From the NCBI GenBank assembly GCA_903912925.1, contig CAIWJG010000374.1:1-58661 (forward strand): 58,661 bases of DNA, in the 5' to 3' direction. Below the pieces are notes generated by a model. It had not been told where the DNA came from and searched no databases. It saw only the letters and a list, made by a program, of their open reading frames with translations. Positions within the stretch are counted from its first letter, which is position 1; each line of letters opens with the position of its first letter. The DNA is from an uncultured Verrucomicrobia subdivision 3 bacterium. Its GTDB lineage: Bacteria > Verrucomicrobiota > Verrucomicrobiia > Limisphaerales > UBA8199. The translations under genes and the position numbers were made by a program. Positions 9,601 to 17,633 of this stretch are shown in pieces.

Positions 9601-9630
9601 AATGAATCTCTCAGCATGCCTGCAGTTCAT
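6604..9630 (-). CDS. Glycoside hydrolase family 2 protein with a long C-terminal extension
   Basis: 1008-aa ORF with signal peptide '[12 protein letters not shown]'. The GH2 sugar-binding domain is 'GVAWYWREF...[35 protein letters not shown]'. The TIM-barrel acid/base region is '[16 protein letters not shown]'. Confidence 0.8.
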   Translation of the reverse strand: [1008 protein letters not shown]

Positions 9631-10095
9631 AAACGGAGCGATCTGCGCGCCTCAGCGCGCGCTCCAGCTTACAGACCCCCGTCAGCGATGCGAGCGGGAA
9701 GTAGCCGTTAGGGTCGCCTCGCCGAGACGGCCGCGCCCAGTCGTTTCAGCGAAACGCCTCTTCGACACTTCGGCAGAATCAATCGCCCGACGCTTTCCTC
9801 CCCGCTCGGCAACTCAGAAGCACCAGTTCAATACCAGCACCCCGAGAATCAGCACGCGATAGAGACAGCGGTCATTAATGACCTGCTTCATCGTTTTGAC
9901 CGGGTGCAATTGCGCGTAAATGACGGCTTTCATGCTCAGGTACATTCTCATGAACTGTTAGCCGCCCACTATTGCACACGGGGCGCCTCTCAATTCAGAG
10001 AATTGGGCCGTTTTGGCCCGAAAACAGACAAATCCTGAGGAAAACCGCAGACGGTTCAGCATCCCCACCCGCACACATCCCAAGCACCTCGCTAG

Positions 10096-10150
10096 TCCCT
10101 TAATGGTACCTTGATAGTACCTTGATAGTCCCTTAATAGTCCCATAATAC
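10096..10150. repeat. 11-bp tandem repeat x5 in a ~700-bp less GC-rich intergenic region
   Basis: TCCCTTAATGG TACCTTGATAG TACCTTGATAG TCCCTTAATAG TCCCATAATAC. The period is about one helical turn. It lies between the P1 stop (10326) and the GH2 start (9630). Confidence 0.85.
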
Positions 10151-10325
10151 CAACGGCAGACATCATGGCTTGCATGTCCCAATAGGCGGGCTGGTTCATC
10201 GCACCGGTTCCTTGCGGCGGCAGGCATCCCTTTATTTTGCGTTTCACGAGCGCAAATACGTGTCATCAGAAGGTGGGCTGACAGTCCTTTAAGCCGGATG
10301 ATCCAAATTCCCGGTCTGTTTCAAA

Positions 10326-12587
10326 TCAGGGGCTGGTAGATGTGCCTGGCGGGTGGGAGGAAGGGGCCGGAGCGGCAAGCGCGGCGTCCAGGTTCTTGCG
10401 GGCCTCCGCATAATCAGGCTTGAGTCTCAGGGCCTCCTGAAACTCCCGGATCGCCTCCCCGGTGCGTCCTTGCTTGTAAAGAGCGCTGCCCAGGTAATTG
10501 TGGGCCTCGGGGTAGCCGGGCCTCGCTTTCAGGGCTGCCTCAAAATGACGAACTGCCTCGGCCGTTTCGCCTCTCAGGCCGAGGGCAAGACCGAGGTTGA
10601 ACTGGGCCTCGGCATAATCCAATTTCAACCGGACCGCTTCCTGGAATTGGCGGATCGCCTCGTCCATTTGGCCCTTCCTGCCGAGGGCGATACCCAGCTC
10701 GTTGTGGGCCTCGGCGTAATCCGGTTTCAAGCGGATGGCCTCCTCCAATTGGCGGATGGCCTCCTCCATCTGGCCTTTCCTGTTGAGGACAATACCGAGG
10801 CCGTAGTGGGCGCCGACTTGATTTGGTTTCAAGCGGATAGCTTCCCGGAATTCGCGAATTGCCTCGTCCACCTGGCCGTTCTTGTTGAGGGCAATGCCGA
10901 GGTTGCAGTAGGCGCTGGAGTAACGCGGTTTCAAGCGGATGGCCTCCTCGAATTGGCGGATCGCCCCATCCATCTGGCCCTTCTGATCGAGCGCGATGCC
11001 AAGGCCATTGTGCGCGCCGTCATTGTTCTCGGTTACAGCGAGCGCATGTCGGAACAGGACCTCACTGTCGTGCCAATAGCCGATCTGTTGCCGCGTCATT
11101 GCCAGGCAGGCGAAGACCGCCACCCCGCCGGCCACCGATAGGAGGATGGGCGTGGAACGTGAAGCGTGGAGCGTGGAGCGTGCAAGCGCGTGTCCTACGC
11201 TCCCACGCTCCTCACGCTCCTCACGCTCCACGCCCCCTGCGGCCTTCCCCTGCATCAGTGCATACGCGCCCCAGACGGCGAGGATCACCACCCCCAGTGA
11301 CGGAAGATAAGTATAGCGATCTGCCATCGCGTGGCTGCCGGTCTGGATTATTTGGCTAACGGGCACCAGGGTCCCGCAATACCACAGCCAGCCCATCAGC
11401 AAGCAGGGATACCGCCGCCGCGCCGCCCAAAACAGCACCGAAATGCCCAGGATCACCGCCCCGGCCAGCAGCACCTTCTCCAATGGCCATTGCCCGGGGT
11501 GCGGATACACCACCGCCAGCTCCGCGGGCCAGAACAGCTTCCCCAAATAGCGGCCATAAGAAATCAGCGCGTTCCCGGCGCGCGCGCCCAAAGGCAGGCT
11601 TTCCCCCGCGTCCAACGCGCCGGTGTGCCGCTGCACCACGAAGGTCACCACGCTCGCCAGCGCCACGAGGAAAAAGAACGGGATCTTCTCGAAGAGCAAT
11701 GGAAGGTGAAACGTGAAACGTGAAATGGGTTGCGTGCCGGTGCCCGCTTCATTCTGCTTTCTGCATTCTGCATTCTGCATTCTTCGTAGCGGCCAATAAT
11801 CCAGTAGCAACATCACGAACGGCAACGTCACCAGCATCGGCTTGCTCATCAAGCCCAGGGCGAGGAAGCACAAGGATAGGAGATAGAAGATGCCGGTGTG
11901 AAACGTGAAACGTGAAACGTGAAACGTGAAACGGGTTGCGGGTTGCGTGTCGGTGGCCGCTTCATTCTGCATTCTGCCTTCTGCATTCTGCATTCTCCGT
12001 TGCGCGTAGCGGACGTAAGCGATTAAGGAAAGCAGTCCGAAGAACCCGCTGAGCACATCCTTCCGTTCGGACACCCAGGCCACCGATTCCACATGCAGCG
12101 GGTGCCACCCAAATAGCGCCGCCGCCAATACGCTCCGCCAAAGCGCTCCGGTAAGACCCCACAGAAACAGAAAGAATAGCATCGTGTTGACCGCGTGCAG
12201 CAGCACACTGGTCAGGTGATGTCCCCAGGGGTTCAAGCCAAACAGTTGGCAGTCCGCCATGTGCGACAAAACCGTCACCGGATGCCAAATGCAGTTTACC
12301 GGGGTGAGCAACGCCCACTTCACGCTTTCCCAGGTCAATCCCTTTTGGACCTGAGCATTTGCGGTGACGTGCAGATCGTCATCGTAGTTGACAAAGTCAC
12401 CGCGCGTCGCCGGCCAATAAATGGCAATTGTCACCAGCAACAGCAGTGCGGCAATCAGCCACAGCGGGATGCGCGGGGAATGGGAGTGAGGGGAGTGAGG
12501 GGCGGTATGGGGTGCGGCTTGAAACGTGAAACGTGAGGTCCGACCTTGGACCTCGGACTTCGGACTTTTGCCTTCTGCCTTCTTCAT
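10326..12587 (-). CDS. P1: TMTC-like GT-C membrane domain + ~8 TPR protein (putative protein O-glycosyltransferase)
   Basis: 753 aa. First-loop acidic motif 'FVNYDDDLHV'; 'WHPLHVESVAWVSERKDVLSGFFGLLSLIAY' is a DUF1736/TMTC-type block. C-terminal TPRs read 'AHNGLGIALDQKGQMDGAIRQFEEAIRLKP...'. The start lies 6 nt after the P2 stop. Confidence 0.75.
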   Translation of the reverse strand: MKKAEGKSPKSEVQGRTSRFTFQAAPHTAPHSPHSHSPRIPLWLIAALLLLVTIAIYWPATRGDFVNYDDDLHVTANAQVQKGLTWESVKWALLTPVNCIWHPVTVLSHMADCQLFGLNPWGHHLTSVLLHAVNTMLFFLFLWGLTGALWRSVLAAALFGWHPLHVESVAWVSERKDVLSGFFGLLSLIAYVRYAQRRMQNAEGRMQNEAATDTQPATRFTFHVSRFTFHTGIFYLLSLCFLALGLMSKPMLVTLPFVMLLLDYWPLRRMQNAECRKQNEAGTGTQPISRFTFHLPLLFEKIPFFFLVALASVVTFVVQRHTGALDAGESLPLGARAGNALISYGRYLGKLFWPAELAVVYPHPGQWPLEKVLLAGAVILGISVLFWAARRRYPCLLMGWLWYCGTLVPVSQIIQTGSHAMADRYTYLPSLGVVILAVWGAYALMQGKAAGGVEREEREERGSVGHALARSTLHASRSTPILLSVAGGVAVFACLAMTRQQIGYWHDSEVLFRHALAVTENNDGAHNGLGIALDQKGQMDGAIRQFEEAIRLKPRYSSAYCNLGIALNKNGQVDEAIREFREAIRLKPNQVGAHYGLGIVLNRKGQMEEAIRQLEEAIRLKPDYAEAHNELGIALGRKGQMDEAIRQFQEAVRLKLDYAEAQFNLGLALGLRGETAEAVRHFEAALKARPGYPEAHNYLGSALYKQGRTGEAIREFQEALRLKPDYAEARKNLDAALAAPAPSSHPPGTSTSP
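11148..11235 (-). repeat. In-frame imperfect palindromic insert (GGAGCGTG / CACGCTCC units) in P1
   Basis: GGGCGTGGAACGTGAAGCGTGGAGCGTGGAGCGTG-CAAGCGCGTGTCCTA-CGCTCCCACGCTCCTCACGCTCCTCACGCTCCACGCCC. It encodes 'GGVEREEREERGSVGHALARSTLHASRSTP' just before the last TM helix. Confidence 0.85.
11706..11785 (-). repeat. Heptamer cassette, P1 second loop site: (GTGAAAC)n - spacer - (TTCTGCA)n
   Basis: GTGAAAC GTGAAAC GTGAAAT GGGTTGC GTGCCGG ... TTCATTC TGCTTTC TGCATTC TGCATTC TGCATTC. It encodes 'RRMQNAECRKQNEAGTGTQPISRFTFH'. Confidence 0.9.
11898..11996 (-). repeat. Heptamer cassette, P1 first loop site
   Basis: GTGAAAC x5 (11898-11932), then GGGTTGC-type decayed units, then TTCTGCA-type units at 11961-11996. 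It encodes 'RRMQNAEGRMQNEAATDTQPATRFTFHVSRFTFH'. Confidence 0.9.
12531..12587 (-). repeat. Heptamer-built 5' end of P1
   Basis: GAAACGT x2, then CTTGGAC CTCGGAC TTCGGAC TTTTGCC TTCTGCC TTCTTCA up to the start codon. It encodes 'MKKAEGKSPKSEVQGRTSRFTF'. Confidence 0.8.
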
Positions 12588-12593
12588 TCTGCC

Positions 12594-15293
12594 TCAGCGG
12601 TTGGTGGCGGTGCCCGGAAGCCGCACAGAACCTGCGTGGGTGGCCAGCGCGGCCGCCAGGTTCGTGCGGGCATTGGCATAGTCAGGATTGAGTCTCAGGG
12701 CTTCCTGGAACTCTCGGATCGCTTCGCTCGTGCGTCCGTTCTGGCCGAGGGCAATTCCGAGGTTGTTGTGGGCGTTAGCCTGATCCGGTTTCAAGCGCAG
12801 AGCTTGCTGGAATTGGCTGATCGCCTCGTCCATCTGGCCTTTGCTCATGAACGCGGCGCCGAGGTTGTTGTGGGCGCTGGCGTAATCCGGTTTCAGGCGG
12901 ACGGCTTCCTGGTAATGGCGGATCGCTTCGTCAATCCGGCCTTTCCTGAAGAGGGCGATGCCGAGGTTGTAGTGCGCCTCCGCGTCAGCCGGTTTGAGTC
13001 GGACGGCTTCCTGGAATTCGCCTATCGCCGTGTCAACCTGGCCTTTCTTGAGGAGAGCGTGGCCAAGGTTATTGTGGGCGTCGGCGTAATCCGCTTTTAG
13101 GTGGATGGATAGCAAGTATTGGCCAATCGCCTCGTCAGTTTGGCCTCTCTGCTCGAGGGCGGCGCCAAGATTGTTGTGCCGGCTGGCGACTCCAGGCTTC
13201 AGGAGAAGCGCTTGCCGGAATTGACTGATCGCCTCGTCAATTTGGCCCTTCTTGACGAGGGCCGCGCCGAGGTTATCGCGGGCATCGGCATGTTCCGGGC
13301 TCAGGCGGAGCGCTTCCCGGTAGCGGCTCATCGCCGCATCAACCTGGCCTTCTTTGAAAAGCGCGATGCCAAGGTAGTTGTTAGCATCGGCAGAGTCGGG
13401 ATTGAGCTTCAGAGCTTCCTGGAGCTCCGGGATCGCTTCGCTGGGGTGGCCTTTCTGGCCGAGAGCAATTCCGAGGTTTCGGTGGGCATCGGCGCTATCC
13501 GGTTTCAGGCGGAGTGCTTCCCGTAATTGGCTGATCGCTGCGTCCACTTGGCCCTTCATGGCGAGGGCCTCGCCCAGGTGGTTGTGGGCATCGGCGTCCT
13601 CCGGTTTTAGGCGGAGGAATTCCTGCAAACGGTTAATCGCCTCGTCAACTTTGCCATTCTTGAGCAGCGCGAGGCCCAGGTTGTAGCGGCCGTAAATGTT
13701 ATCAGGTTTCAGGCGCAGCCCTTCCTGGAATTCGACGACCGCCTCACCGGCTTGGCCTTTTTCGACGAGGGCGATGCCGAGGTTGTTATGTGCGGCGGCA
13801 TTGTTCTCGGTGACTTCAAGCACATGGCGGAATAGGGTTTCGCTGTCCTTCCAATAACCAATCTGTTGCCGCGTCAACCCCAGGCACAGCACGATCGCCA
13901 CACCTCCTGCCACCGACAACGCCAGCACGGGATATCGCCAGCGTCGGGTCAGTTCGCAGGCGCCCCAAACCGTGATCATCAGCACCCCAACGGACGGCAA
14001 ATAAGTGAAACGATCCGCCATGAATGAAACCCAGCCCTTGGTCAAGCCAATCACCGGGATCAAGGTTCCCAAGAACCAGCACCAACCAACCAGCAGGTAA
14101 GGCCGCCGCCGCCCAAACCACAAGACGGCCAAACCCACGCCAACCAGCACCACAACCGATCCCCCCACCTCCAGCCACGACCAATGGCCGGGATTCACAT
14201 AGGGCACGGCCAGTTTGACTGGGCAGAAGGTCTTGCCCAGATAACGGGTGTAGGCCACCAACGCGTTCTCCAGCCGAAGCAGCGCCGGGGCCTCCTCAAA
14301 ACCAGCCGCTATCTGTCTCCCCCTTTCTGTCGAGTACGTGACGAAGCACGAGATCACGCTCAATGCAAAGAATGGGATCTTCTCGAAGAGCAAGGGGCGG
14401 ACGTGATGCGTGAAACCTGAAACGTGAAACGTGAAGGGTGTTGCGGGTTGCGTGTCGCTGGCTTCCACATTCTGCATTCTCTTCAGCGGCCAATAATCCA
14501 GCAGCAACATCACAAACGGCCAAGTCACGAGCGTCGCCTTGCTCATCAACCCGCAGGCGAAGAAGCACAAGGATAGGAGATAGAAGATGGAAGTTGGGAC
14601 TCGAACATCCAACATCCAACATCCAACATCGAACGCCGAACCTGGCACTACGGCCCGCGCCGCGCCCTCCGACTTCGGATTTCGGGTTTCGGGTTTCGGA
14701 TTTCCTTCGGATTTCGGGTTTCGGGTTTCGGATTTCCGCCTCCCCCTCCCTTGCGCGTAGCAGGCGTAAGCGATTAAGGAAAGCAGGCCAAAGCAGCCAC
14801 TGAGCACATCCTTCCGTTCCGTCACCCACGCCACCGACTCCACCCGCAGCGGATGCAGGGCAAACAGCGCCGCCACCACCACACTCCGCCACATCGCCCC
14901 CGTCAACCTCCGAAGCAGCAGGAACAACAACACGCCGTTGGCGGCGTGAAACGCTACATTCGTAAAGTGAAACCCCCCGGCCTTCCGGCCAAAGAGGCTC
15001 GCGTCCAACATCAACGAAAGCCAGGTCAGCGGATGCCAGTAATCCCCCTCATTCAGGCTAAACGCCCATTTCACCCCCTCCCAGTTCAAACCGCCCTGCA
15101 CGTGGGCGTTGGAGGTGACAAATTGAGGATCATCGTAGTTGATGAAATCAAAGCCCGTCACCGGCCAATACAGGACCAGCGTCACCAGCGCCAGCAAGAC
15201 GCCCATCAGCCACGCTGGTAGATGCGGCCAAGCCATCGCCGCGGTGGCTGCCCTCGTCGGGGTGGGTTCAGATTCGGTCTCTGGTTGGCGCAC
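12594..15293 (-). CDS. P2: TMTC-like GT-C membrane domain + ~13 TPR protein
   Basis: 899 aa with 'FINYDDPQFV' and 'LHPLRVESVAWVTERKDVLSGCFGLLSLIAY'. It has a long TPR domain and ends 'LPGTATNR'. Confidence 0.75.
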   Translation of the reverse strand: MRQPETESEPTPTRAATAAMAWPHLPAWLMGVLLALVTLVLYWPVTGFDFINYDDPQFVTSNAHVQGGLNWEGVKWAFSLNEGDYWHPLTWLSLMLDASLFGRKAGGFHFTNVAFHAANGVLLFLLLRRLTGAMWRSVVVAALFALHPLRVESVAWVTERKDVLSGCFGLLSLIAYACYAQGRGRRKSETRNPKSEGNPKPETRNPKSEGAARAVVPGSAFDVGCWMLDVRVPTSIFYLLSLCFFACGLMSKATLVTWPFVMLLLDYWPLKRMQNVEASDTQPATPFTFHVSGFTHHVRPLLFEKIPFFALSVISCFVTYSTERGRQIAAGFEEAPALLRLENALVAYTRYLGKTFCPVKLAVPYVNPGHWSWLEVGGSVVVLVGVGLAVLWFGRRRPYLLVGWCWFLGTLIPVIGLTKGWVSFMADRFTYLPSVGVLMITVWGACELTRRWRYPVLALSVAGGVAIVLCLGLTRQQIGYWKDSETLFRHVLEVTENNAAAHNNLGIALVEKGQAGEAVVEFQEGLRLKPDNIYGRYNLGLALLKNGKVDEAINRLQEFLRLKPEDADAHNHLGEALAMKGQVDAAISQLREALRLKPDSADAHRNLGIALGQKGHPSEAIPELQEALKLNPDSADANNYLGIALFKEGQVDAAMSRYREALRLSPEHADARDNLGAALVKKGQIDEAISQFRQALLLKPGVASRHNNLGAALEQRGQTDEAIGQYLLSIHLKADYADAHNNLGHALLKKGQVDTAIGEFQEAVRLKPADAEAHYNLGIALFRKGRIDEAIRHYQEAVRLKPDYASAHNNLGAAFMSKGQMDEAISQFQQALRLKPDQANAHNNLGIALGQNGRTSEAIREFQEALRLNPDYANARTNLAAALATHAGSVRLPGTATNR
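14403..14484 (-). repeat. Heptamer cassette, P2 second loop site (partly decayed)
   Basis: GTGATGC GTGAAAC CTGAAAC GTGAAAC GTGAAGG GTGTTGC GGGTTGC GTGTCGC ... CACATTCTGCATTCTC. It encodes 'KRMQNVEASDTQPATPFTFHVSGFTHH'. Confidence 0.85.
14603..14737 (-). repeat. Alternative heptamer cassette, P2 first loop site: ([CG]AACATC)n + (CGG[AG]TTT)n
   Basis: GAACATC CAACATC x3 GAACGCC (14603-14644). CTTCGGATTTCGGGTTTCGGGTTTCGGATTTC is duplicated in tandem (14672-14737). It encodes 'RRKSETRNPKSEGNPKPETRNPKSEG...SAFDVGCWMLDVRV'. Confidence 0.9.
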
Positions 15294-15311
15294 GGGACTC
15301 GCCAGAATAAC

Positions 15312-17519
15312 TCAGCGATTAGTGGAAACGCCGGACGGGCGGGGAGAGCCTGACTTGGCGCCAAGCGCGATGCCCAGGTTCGTACGGGCATCGGCAAAGT
15401 CAGGCCTGAGTCTCACGGCCTCCTCGAACTGCTTAATCGCATCGTCCAGTTGGCCTTTCCCGACGTAAGCGATGCCGAGGTTGTTATGAGCATCCGCGTA
15501 ATTCGTCTTCAGTTGAATGGCCGCCTTGAATCCAGCGATCGCCATCTCAATTTGGCCTTTCCCTAAGAGGGCGTTGCCGAGGTTATTGTGGGCATCCGCG
15601 TAATCGGGTTTCAGACGGACGGCTTGCTGGTATTGGCGAATCGCCTCGTTTATTTGGCCTTTCATGGCCAGGGCATTGCCAAGGTTGGAATGGAACCTGG
15701 CGTCCTCCGGTCTTAGGCGGACGGCTTCCTGAAGCTGGCGGATCGCCTCGTCGAGCCGGCCCCTCCTGCCGAGGACAACGCCGAAGTTGTTACGGGCCTC
15801 GGCATGATTCGGTTTCAGGCGGATGGCATCCTGGAAGTGGCGGATTGCCTCGTCGATTTGGCCTTTGTTGATGAGTGTGGCGCCAAGACTGTAGTAGGCC
15901 TCGGCGTAATCCGGCTGCAGGCGAATGGCTTCCTGGAACTGCCGGATCGCCTCGTCCAATTGGCCTTTCAGGTTGAGGGCGATGCCGAGGTTGTTGTGGG
16001 CGAGGGCGTAACCTGGCTCAATCCGGAGGGCTGCTTGGTATTCGCCGATCGCCTCGTCCATCTGGCCTTTCCTACCAAGCGCGTCGCCGAAAGCCGCGTG
16101 CGCGATTTGATTGTCTTTTGCGACTTCCAGCGCGTGTCCGAACAGGGCTACCCCGTCCTTCCAATAACCAATCTGTTGCCGCGTCAATGTCAGGCACAAA
16201 ACGATTGCCACCCCACTCGCCACCGACAACGCGATCACGTGATACCGCCAGCCTCGGGTTAATTCGCACACGCCCCAGACCGCCAGGATCAGCACCCCAA
16301 GCGTCGAAAGATAAGTGTAGCGATCCGCCATGGCCTGCTGGCCCACTTGCACCAAGCCAATCACCGGGACCAGCATCCCCAAAAACCAAAACCACCCCAT
16401 TAGCAAATAGGGATGCCGACGTCGCTGCATCCAGACCAGCACCGAAATCCCCAGGAGCACCCCCCCTGCCAGCAGCACCTTCCCCAGCGGCCATTGCCCG
16501 GGGTGCCAATAACAGGCCACCAAATCCACTGGGCGGAAGAGCTTCCATAGGTAGCGGCAATACGAAATCAGCGCGTTCCCCAGGCGCGCGCCCAGGGGCA
16601 GGCTGGTAACCCCCGTCATAGCGCCCCCTTGTCTCTGCACCACGAAGGTCACAGCGCTCATCAAGGCCACGAGCACGAAGAACGGGATCTTCTCGAAGAT
16701 CAAAGGGAGGAGCGCGGGGCGTGGAACGTGAACCGTGCTGCGTGGCGCTTGTTGCGTGCCGGTGGCCTCGGCATTCTGCATTCTTCGTAGCGGCCAGTAA
16801 TCCAGCAGCAACATCACCAGCGGCCAAGTCACCAGCATCGGCTTGCTCATCAAGCCCAAGGCGAGGAAGCACAAGGAGAGAAGATAGAAGAGGGAAGAGG
16901 GAAGAGGGGAGAGCGGGAGCGGACCACGAGCTTCCGGCTGCTGGCTTCCGCTTTCTGCATTCTGCATTCTCCGCTGCGCGTAGCGGACGTAAGCAATCAG
17001 CGCAAGCAGACCGAAGAAGCTGCTAAGCACATCCTTGCGTTCGGACACCCAAGCCACCGATTCGACGCGCAGCGGGTGCAGGGCGAACAAGGCCGCCACC
17101 AATAGACTCCGCCAGGGCGCGCCGGTCAACAGGTACAGCAACACGAAGACCAGGCCCGCGTTGAGCCCGTGCAGCAACACGCTGCTCAAATGATGTCCCC
17201 ACGGCTTCAAACCGAACATTTGACAGTCCAGCATGTGCGACATCCAGGTAAGCGGATGCCAGTTGGCGGCGTAGTCACTCCGAAATGCCCACCGGACATT
17301 TTCCAGGGTCAGTCCGCTGGTTACGTGCGTGTTATCCAGCACGTACATATAGTCATCATAGGTGACGAAATCACATCGCGTCGCCGACCAGTAAACGGCA
17401 ATCGTCACCAACACCAGAAATACGGCCATCAGCCACGCCGGGAAATGCCGCCGAGTCATCACATGGGGTGCTTCCGTCGCGGGATGGGTTTCGGCTTGGG
17501 TCGATGGTCGGGGCGGCAT
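15312..17519 (-). CDS. P3: TMTC-like GT-C membrane domain + ~8 TPR protein
   Basis: 735 aa with 'FVTYDDYMYV' and 'LHPLRVESVAWVSERKDVLSSFFGLLALIAY'. It ends 'PSGVSTNR'. A GGGGAG Shine-Dalgarno-like site lies upstream of the ATG. Confidence 0.75.
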   Translation of the reverse strand: MPPRPSTQAETHPATEAPHVMTRRHFPAWLMAVFLVLVTIAVYWSATRCDFVTYDDYMYVLDNTHVTSGLTLENVRWAFRSDYAANWHPLTWMSHMLDCQMFGLKPWGHHLSSVLLHGLNAGLVFVLLYLLTGAPWRSLLVAALFALHPLRVESVAWVSERKDVLSSFFGLLALIAYVRYAQRRMQNAESGSQQPEARGPLPLSPLPSSLFYLLSLCFLALGLMSKPMLVTWPLVMLLLDYWPLRRMQNAEATGTQQAPRSTVHVPRPALLPLIFEKIPFFVLVALMSAVTFVVQRQGGAMTGVTSLPLGARLGNALISYCRYLWKLFRPVDLVACYWHPGQWPLGKVLLAGGVLLGISVLVWMQRRRHPYLLMGWFWFLGMLVPVIGLVQVGQQAMADRYTYLSTLGVLILAVWGVCELTRGWRYHVIALSVASGVAIVLCLTLTRQQIGYWKDGVALFGHALEVAKDNQIAHAAFGDALGRKGQMDEAIGEYQAALRIEPGYALAHNNLGIALNLKGQLDEAIRQFQEAIRLQPDYAEAYYSLGATLINKGQIDEAIRHFQDAIRLKPNHAEARNNFGVVLGRRGRLDEAIRQLQEAVRLRPEDARFHSNLGNALAMKGQINEAIRQYQQAVRLKPDYADAHNNLGNALLGKGQIEMAIAGFKAAIQLKTNYADAHNNLGIAYVGKGQLDDAIKQFEEAVRLRPDFADARTNLGIALGAKSGSPRPSGVSTNR
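16891..16971 (-). repeat. Heptamer cassette, P3 first loop site: (AGGGAAG)n ... (TTCTGCA)n
   Basis: AGGGAAG AGGGAAG AGGGGAG AGCGGGA (16891-16918) and TTCTGCATTCTGCATTCTC (16952-16971). It encodes 'RRMQNAESGSQQPEARGPLPLSPLPSS'. Confidence 0.8.
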
Positions 17520-17577
17520 ACAACTCCCCTAACTATTGCTCAACCGCAGGACAAGGTCGGGACTTTAGCATGGCGAT

Positions 17578-17607
17578 TCTATAGCTGGAAAGCCGGTGCG
17601 TTGACAA
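17578..17607 (-). promoter_or_regulatory. Candidate sigma70-like promoter upstream of P3 in the 114-nt P4-P3 gap
   Basis: The minus strand reads AGCTTGTCAACGC-...-TATAGA: -35 TTGTCA, 18-nt spacer, -10 TATAGA. The 13-mer GCGTTGACAAGCT (plus strand, 17598-17610) recurs at 30633-30645 in front of P9. Confidence 0.35.
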
Positions 17608-17633
17608 GCTTGATCGTGCTGCCACCGGCACGG

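Noticed and set aside
6721-9711. Long plus-strand ORFs (6721-7983, 8065-9711) across the GH2 gene
   Set aside because: They are Arg/Pro/His-rich translations antisense to a well-supported GH2 ORF. No motifs were found. These are GC-rich shadow ORFs.
9814-9951. 45-codon minus-strand ORF (MRMYLSMKAVIYAQLHPVKTMKQVINDRCLYRVLILGVLVLNWCF) upstream of GH2
   Set aside because: It has a hydrophobic tail and lies in the less GC-rich intergenic region, so a small membrane peptide is conceivable. It has no Shine-Dalgarno site, no recognisable family and is very short. It is not reportable without conservation or Ribo-seq evidence.
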